Positions 58,780 through 64,000 of a DNA stretch of 64,000 nt are shown in pieces; positions within the stretch are counted from its first letter, which is position 1; each line of letters opens with the position of its first letter. The translations under genes were made by a program, and so were the position numbers. The stretch comes from Nitrososphaeria archaeon. Lineage in GTDB: Archaea; Thermoproteota; Nitrososphaeria; JACIWG01. The notes beneath the pieces were generated by a model. The model was not told where the DNA came from and did no database searches. It saw only the letters and a program-made list of their open reading frames with translations. The stretch lies in assembly GCA_963752255.1 (NCBI GenBank), contig CAVVXT010000014.1:64001-128000 (forward strand). Reading direction: 5' to 3'.

Positions 58780-59451
58780 TTAAGCGTGTGTTTCTGTCTC
58801 TTCCCTACTTTTTTTTAACAGTCTTATGACTTCTCCATCAGTGGTTTGTGAGAAGTCCACGTAGAATTGTCCTATAGCGTAAAAGAATTCCGGGGTGGAG
58901 AGGCAGATAACTCTATCAGCCTCCTTTTCCAGCTCCTTCACCGTTGATCGTGGGGCTACGGGAACAGCTACAACAACCGATTTAGGTTTTTTCTTGCGGA
59001 TCGAAGCAATAGCCGCCTTTACTGTTGAACCAGTGGCTATACCATCGTCTACAATTATGATAACATGATCTTGCAACATGGGATAAGGCGTTTCCCCTCT
59101 GTAGAGTTTTAGCCTGCGTCTAATCTCAGTGATCTGTCTTCTGCTCTCCTCCTCTATGTATGATTTAGAAATGTTCATGTACATGACAGCTGATTCATCC
59201 AAGCTTAAACTTCCATCTTCTGCAACGGCTCCTATAGCTAGCTCTGAGTTGTCGGGGGCTCCAATTTTCCTCGGGACTATTATGTCTAAGGGGGCTTTTA
59301 ATTCGTGAGCAACCTGGTAGCCTATTACAACACCGCCTCTCGGTATAGCGAGAACTATCGTGTCTTTATTTGAGTACTCAGTTAATTTTAGCGCTAGCAT
59401 TTTTCCCGCTTCCTCTCTGTCTTGGAAAGGCAGTTTTACAATTCCGTTCAT
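58780..59451 (-). CDS. Phosphoribosyltransferase-like protein
   Basis: FQDREEAG, IPRGG, VDDGIATGST and FYVDFSQ. Confidence 0.88.
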   Translation of the reverse strand: MNGIVKLPFQDREEAGKMLALKLTEYSNKDTIVLAIPRGGVVIGYQVAHELKAPLDIIVPRKIGAPDNSELAIGAVAEDGSLSLDESAVMYMNISKSYIEEESRRQITEIRRRLKLYRGETPYPMLQDHVIIIVDDGIATGSTVKAAIASIRKKKPKSVVVAVPVAPRSTVKELEKEADRVICLSTPEFFYAIGQFYVDFSQTTDGEVIRLLKKSREETETHA

Positions 59452-59570
59452 GATTCTCTACCATACCTCCTTCATGGTTAAATATGGTATCCGATTTCCT
59501 AGACTATAAAGTCTTCACTAGATGCTTTTAACTTTGTTTTTTGCGAAAAATTCATCTCTTAAAATCTACA

Positions 59571-60269
59571 TTAGCTTAGAGTGTAACAGTTACCCTTACC
59601 TGTTGTACGCATCAGATATCTGTTGAACCAGGCAGTTGCGAGTTTAGCTACTTCTTCAAGAGCTCCAGGCTCTTCAAATAAGTGTGAAGCGCCGGGAACA
59701 ACCTCAATCTTCTTCACCGCATGAAGGTATTTTAAAGCCTGCTCGTTCATCTTGATCACCGGAACATCATTTCCTCCCACGATTAAGAGGGTGGGTGCCT
59801 CAACCTTTGGAATGTAATTTATTGCAAGATCAGGACGGCCTCCTCGAGAAACAATCGCTTGGACGTTGTTCGGATTCTTTGCTGCCGCAATAATTGCTGC
59901 AGCCGCACCAGTGCTCGCTCCAAAGTAACCTATAGCAAGATTTCTGGTTTCCACGTTTCCTCTGACCCATTCTGTCGCATGTAGAAGTCGATTTGAGAGC
60001 ATTTCCGTGTCAAATCTGAACTCCGCAGTCAGCATATCGATTCGCTCTTCGTCCTTTGTCAGAAGGTCCATTAACAAGGTAGCGAACCGTTCCCTTTGGA
60101 GAACGCTGGCAACGTATCTGTTCCTTGGGCTAAATCTACTGCTCCCGCTTCCGTGGGCAAATAGTACGACCCCCTTTGCACCTTCAGGTGCCACAAGGCT
60201 GCCTTCTATGGTTACGTCATCCGCTTGAATTATCACATCAGCTTCTCCCTTTTCTCTAGACGTCTTCAT
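59571..60269 (-). CDS. Dienelactone-hydrolase-like alpha/beta hydrolase
   Basis: FAHGSGSSRFSPRN, GASTG, SRGGRPDL and HLFEE. Confidence 0.88.
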   Translation of the reverse strand: MKTSREKGEADVIIQADDVTIEGSLVAPEGAKGVVLFAHGSGSSRFSPRNRYVASVLQRERFATLLMDLLTKDEERIDMLTAEFRFDTEMLSNRLLHATEWVRGNVETRNLAIGYFGASTGAAAAIIAAAKNPNNVQAIVSRGGRPDLAINYIPKVEAPTLLIVGGNDVPVIKMNEQALKYLHAVKKIEVVPGASHLFEEPGALEEVAKLATAWFNRYLMRTTGKGNCYTLS

Positions 60270-60455
60270 TTCTTCTCCACCATCCAACCGAACAATTAGG
60301 TCTTTGCTGAAGACCTTTGAAATTAAAACCGGCAAGAAATGCTTTAAAAATTTTTCATCTCCTTCAACATAACGATGATTATTGATTATATTTTTTGCCC
60401 TCTAAAAAAACTTTGCACTATCTCCTTTCCTCTATTACTCGCAAATTACGCCTAC

Positions 60456-60746
60456 TTATAGTACAGCCGACTTTTTACTCTCTATGTCGATCTTCTTATC
60501 CCTTCTTTCATCTATTCTGATTGTTGTGTACACTCGCTTTGCGCCCATTTCGAACAGTGCCTCCTTAGTCCTTTCAAAAGCTTTAAAGATTTGTTCAGTT
60601 GATTGGGCTTCGATACTTGTAGACATGGCTCCAACCTCAACCTTAAGCCCTGACTTCTTCAATTCTCCTACTGCTCTTTTAACATACTTGCTTAGGCTTG
60701 TACCCTCGCCAACTGGCATAATCGCTATATCTGCTACAACGGTCAT
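60456..60746 (-). CDS. MTH1187/YkoF-family thiamine-binding protein
   Basis: PVG..TSLSKYV, AMSTSIE and RV.T.IRIDER.DK. Confidence 0.88.
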   Translation of the reverse strand: MTVVADIAIMPVGEGTSLSKYVKRAVGELKKSGLKVEVGAMSTSIEAQSTEQIFKAFERTKEALFEMGAKRVYTTIRIDERRDKKIDIESKKSAVL

Positions 60747-60898
60747 ATCTAGTCAGTGACTAGTTTGCCAGTGAAAAATTTAAATCTTTCTCTTAAATCT
60801 GTGCGCATTGGTATAGGCGAATTCGTAAATAGCATTCTAGAAATGTTGTTGTCAATTCACCTCAAAAGTTGAAATTTTTAAAAATAATGGTGTTCACG

Positions 60899-63748
60899 TT
60901 ATTCTATGAATATCGCAGGTCTAAATGGTAGTGCATTTTTTGCCTTACCCTTGGGATCGTATATTCCTTGCTGGTTCGAATGGACGATTTCAAGTCTGGT
61001 TCCTGTTTCCTTTTCAATATAAGACATGTTCTCTTTGTATATTTCAATTTCTTCGAAGTCTTTAATCTTTCTTATTTCATTAACTACGTCTTTGTCCAAT
61101 ATATTGATGAACTTTATTATCTGAGGAACATATGCCATCAGTTTCTTATCTTTTGTGTTTCCACTTATCTTTTTTATGGCATCTTTTGGGGAAACCCCCT
61201 TGCTCTGTTCATCAACGTAATCAAACACCATATTGGCAAGCTCCTTTGGAGCAACGTATATGTGAGCTTTTTTCATATCAGTTTTTGCAATCTTTTGTAT
61301 CTCCTTTAAATCAGATATTAATGACTCTACAAGTTTATTTTCTGTCTTCAGTATCCTCTCCTTCTCATCTAGGATTATCAGCGGCCACTCTTCTCTAGAA
61401 ATAAAGGTTTGTCCTCCGATTTTATGCCACAGTTCCTCACAGATGAAGGGAATGAAAGGTGATAACGTCTTTAACCAATAACCTGTTACCAATTCTACTG
61501 TGCTTGCTTCCGGTGCTCCAACCTGCTTTACGTACCTCCTTATGGCGTTTTGTATGTCGAAGAAAGCGATCTGGAACGCAGTCTTGGTCTTCATCAGCTC
61601 CAAATTTTCAGCCGTAGCAAGCACCATTTCCTTTACTTCGGCTACCAGTAGTTCTTCGAAGAAACCCCTTTCTCTGTTAACAGCTTTTGATCTGAGTTCT
61701 AAAACAAGCTCGGAAATAGAAGTTATCTTCTGAAGCATGAGTTTCGGAATGTTCTCGTTCCAATCAGGGTCGTCCATCTGCTCCGCTCCATAGATCAACG
61801 ACGCTCTGACAACGTCAGCACCATATTTGTCGATTTCTTTTGCTATTGTCGTAAATATTCCTCTAGACTTAGACATCTTCTTTCCGTCTATAGTTATCAT
61901 TCCGTTGACGCTTATTCCTCTGGGCCAGAGTTTCTTTGGAAAGATTGCGAGATGCTGGAAGAGAAAGAATGTTAGATGATTAGGAATCAGCTCTTTAGCA
62001 GAATTCCTGAGATCGACGGGATACCAGTAGAGAAAGTCTTCGTGTATTTTTTGGATTAGTTCGGGCCTTATCCCTGTCTTAGACGATGCTACGTCGACGT
62101 TGACTTCTTCCAATAAAACATAATCAAAGAATTCTTGATTCAACTGTTCTGGCAGAATTTCTCTCTCGTTCACATATTTACTTATAATATAATACGCCAT
62201 ATATATTGTTGAGTCGCTAAGCGTCTCCACTATCCAATCCTTATCCCATGGCATTGGGGTCCCCATCCCTGTCTTCCTTGCACAAGGCCAATTGTTAAGC
62301 CAGTCAACTGTTGCAAGTATCCATGCTCTTGCTTCCTCAGGTAAAACCGTCATAACCTTGACGTGTTTCCTTACCTCCGCCTTCCATTCCTCGTTGCTAT
62401 AGTTCAAGAACCATTGGTCACGCAATATTTTGACTATGCACCTTGTTCCACATCGGCATCTAACCAGTTCTGGGAGATCGAATATTTTGTCTCCAAGGCC
62501 CTTGGAAGCCAGTTCCTCTATTACCTTCGTTTTAGCGTCTTTGACGGTCATTCCACTGAGCTGTCCACAGTTCCCCTTCATAATTCCAGTATGAAATTCC
62601 TTACTGTAGATTGTTTCTGTGGCCTTTGCAGCTCGTTTGTCATGCTGGTCCTTAACACTCAATTGATCCACTATTTCTAACGCGGGATATTCTCCGAATC
62701 CTTCTACCCTGATGATAGAAATCGGTTTTATCTTACTAACTATTTCCTTTAATCCTTCAGGGGGCGATTCCTGTATGTCTCTTAATGCCAACCAGTCATA
62801 AGGCGCGTGCGCTGGAACACTGTATACAACTCCCGTTCCATAATTTACATCTACAAATGTGGCAGGCAGTATTGGGACACTCTGTTCTGACAGTGGGACA
62901 ACACATTTCCTACCGACAAGATCCTTTCCCCTAAACGTGTCAAGGACCTCCACCTTCCTGTCCTGGTCGACTATCTTCTGAGCGAATTCTTTGCTGACTA
63001 TCAGCATGTTACCGTTTATTTGGGCTTTTACGTATTCACCATCGGGTAGAACCCAGACGTTGGTGGTGCCATATATCGTTTCAGGTCTGAATGTAGCTGC
63101 TGCTAAGAAGGCATCATCAATTTTAAAAAAAACCACGTAGAACTCTTCAGGAGATACGCCTTCGCCTTCAAGTCGGTCATGGTCTCCTGTAGGGCTCTGA
63201 TCTAACGGGCACCAAACTACAGGGTGTGACCCCTTAACAACGAATCCCTTAGATCTTAGTTTAAGATACTGCCATTCAACAAACTTGCTGAAGCCTTTGT
63301 TATAGCTTGTTGTAAAAAATTCCCTGCGCCAGTCTATAGAGAGACCGAGTCTTTGCAGTGCTATTCTGCTTACTCCTGTGTAATATTCTGCAAGATTGTA
63401 AGGAGACGAGAATTTATAAAGTTCCTCTTTTGGTATGCCATCTATCTCTACGAAAGCTCTAATAACCGCTGGATCTCCCTTCATTAATCTTACAGACTGT
63501 CCTGCCACAGCCTCGCCAGTCCAGTGCCAGGCAAAAGGAAAAAGGACATTGTACCCTCTCATCCTCTTGTACCTTGCAAAGGTATCAAGCCGAGTGTAGG
63601 TAAAAGCGTGTCCAATGTGAAGTGGTCCATTCATGTACGGAAATGGTGCGTTGACGAATATTTTAGGTTGGTCAACTTTAACTTCTGCATCAAATGTTCC
63701 ATTTCTTGCCCATTCATCTATCCATTTTTTTTCATAGGTATTATCCAT
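60899..63748 (-). CDS. leuS: Leucyl-tRNA synthetase
   Basis: PYMNGPLHIGH, DHDR, ATFRPET, LSDSTIY and KMSKS. Confidence 0.97.
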   Translation of the reverse strand: MDNTYEKKWIDEWARNGTFDAEVKVDQPKIFVNAPFPYMNGPLHIGHAFTYTRLDTFARYKRMRGYNVLFPFAWHWTGEAVAGQSVRLMKGDPAVIRAFVEIDGIPKEELYKFSSPYNLAEYYTGVSRIALQRLGLSIDWRREFFTTSYNKGFSKFVEWQYLKLRSKGFVVKGSHPVVWCPLDQSPTGDHDRLEGEGVSPEEFYVVFFKIDDAFLAAATFRPETIYGTTNVWVLPDGEYVKAQINGNMLIVSKEFAQKIVDQDRKVEVLDTFRGKDLVGRKCVVPLSEQSVPILPATFVDVNYGTGVVYSVPAHAPYDWLALRDIQESPPEGLKEIVSKIKPISIIRVEGFGEYPALEIVDQLSVKDQHDKRAAKATETIYSKEFHTGIMKGNCGQLSGMTVKDAKTKVIEELASKGLGDKIFDLPELVRCRCGTRCIVKILRDQWFLNYSNEEWKAEVRKHVKVMTVLPEEARAWILATVDWLNNWPCARKTGMGTPMPWDKDWIVETLSDSTIYMAYYIISKYVNEREILPEQLNQEFFDYVLLEEVNVDVASSKTGIRPELIQKIHEDFLYWYPVDLRNSAKELIPNHLTFFLFQHLAIFPKKLWPRGISVNGMITIDGKKMSKSRGIFTTIAKEIDKYGADVVRASLIYGAEQMDDPDWNENIPKLMLQKITSISELVLELRSKAVNRERGFFEELLVAEVKEMVLATAENLELMKTKTAFQIAFFDIQNAIRRYVKQVGAPEASTVELVTGYWLKTLSPFIPFICEELWHKIGGQTFISREEWPLIILDEKERILKTENKLVESLISDLKEIQKIAKTDMKKAHIYVAPKELANMVFDYVDEQSKGVSPKDAIKKISGNTKDKKLMAYVPQIIKFINILDKDVVNEIRKIKDFEEIEIYKENMSYIEKETGTRLEIVHSNQQGIYDPKGKAKNALPFRPAIFIE

Positions 63749-63749
63749 T

Positions 63750-64000
63750 CTAGACCATGCTCTCTACATATCTCATAAGAGCTCCATGTGCTTCTTTAAC
63801 CTTTTCAACTTCGTTTCCTCCGCCCCTGCCAAATCTCTTATCGCCGCCTCCTGATCCACCTATTACGCCTGCGATTTTCTTTACGATGTCGTTTGCGAAA
63901 ATACCTTTACGTTGAACCGATTCCCCTGAGAAGACTATAATTTGAACAACACTGTTGGATGGAATCAAAGCAAGGTATAGAAGATCTGGCATCGCTTTTA
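63750..64000 (-). CDS. alaS: C-terminal DHHA1 domain of alanyl-tRNA synthetase (gene extends beyond the window)
   Basis: GGSGGG...GRGGG motif; directly upstream of leuS. Confidence 0.72.
   Translation of the reverse strand, partial: KAMPDLLYLALIPSNSVVQIIVFSGESVQRKGIFANDIVKKIAGVIGGSGGGDKRFGRGGGNEVEKVKEAHGALMRYVESMV

Noticed and set aside
1256-63778. Numerous short antisense and overlapping ORFs in the track
   Set aside because: They shadow well-supported genes or RNA genes and show no family motifs
1-64000. CRISPR arrays, transposases, defence systems, ammonia-oxidation genes
   Set aside because: No repeat-spacer pattern or diagnostic motifs found in this window

Overview
Archaeal chromosome segment, AT-rich. 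The Dph5-DUF357 fusion, N-terminally extended RibL, SepF, alaS-leuS linkage and unlinked 5S rRNA point to a deep-branching Nitrososphaerota/TACK lineage (inference). It opens with the 3' end of 23S rRNA. Core information-processing genes fill about 0.4-23.7 kb and 37-48 kb. A tRNA-punctuated accessory region (about 23.8-36.6 kb) holds O2/NO-stress and redox genes plus several decayed gene remnants. A second accessory stretch (49-61 kb) carries a xylose-isomerase-like gene, class II RNR and nicotinamidase/PRTase/hydrolase genes. RNA genes: 10 tRNAs (two with introns, one at the non-canonical 33/34 site), 5S rRNA and SRP RNA. The most notable unannotated signals are two candidate guide RNAs: a two-hairpin H/ACA-type RNA between pheT and a TOPRIM gene, and a single-kink-turn C/D-like RNA just upstream of tRNA-Ala(CGC). 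Several conserved genes (dnaG, ribL, DUF1512, aldo/keto reductase, DUF488) are split by single-base indels, most likely assembly errors. All calls come from motif recognition by eye; no searches were run.
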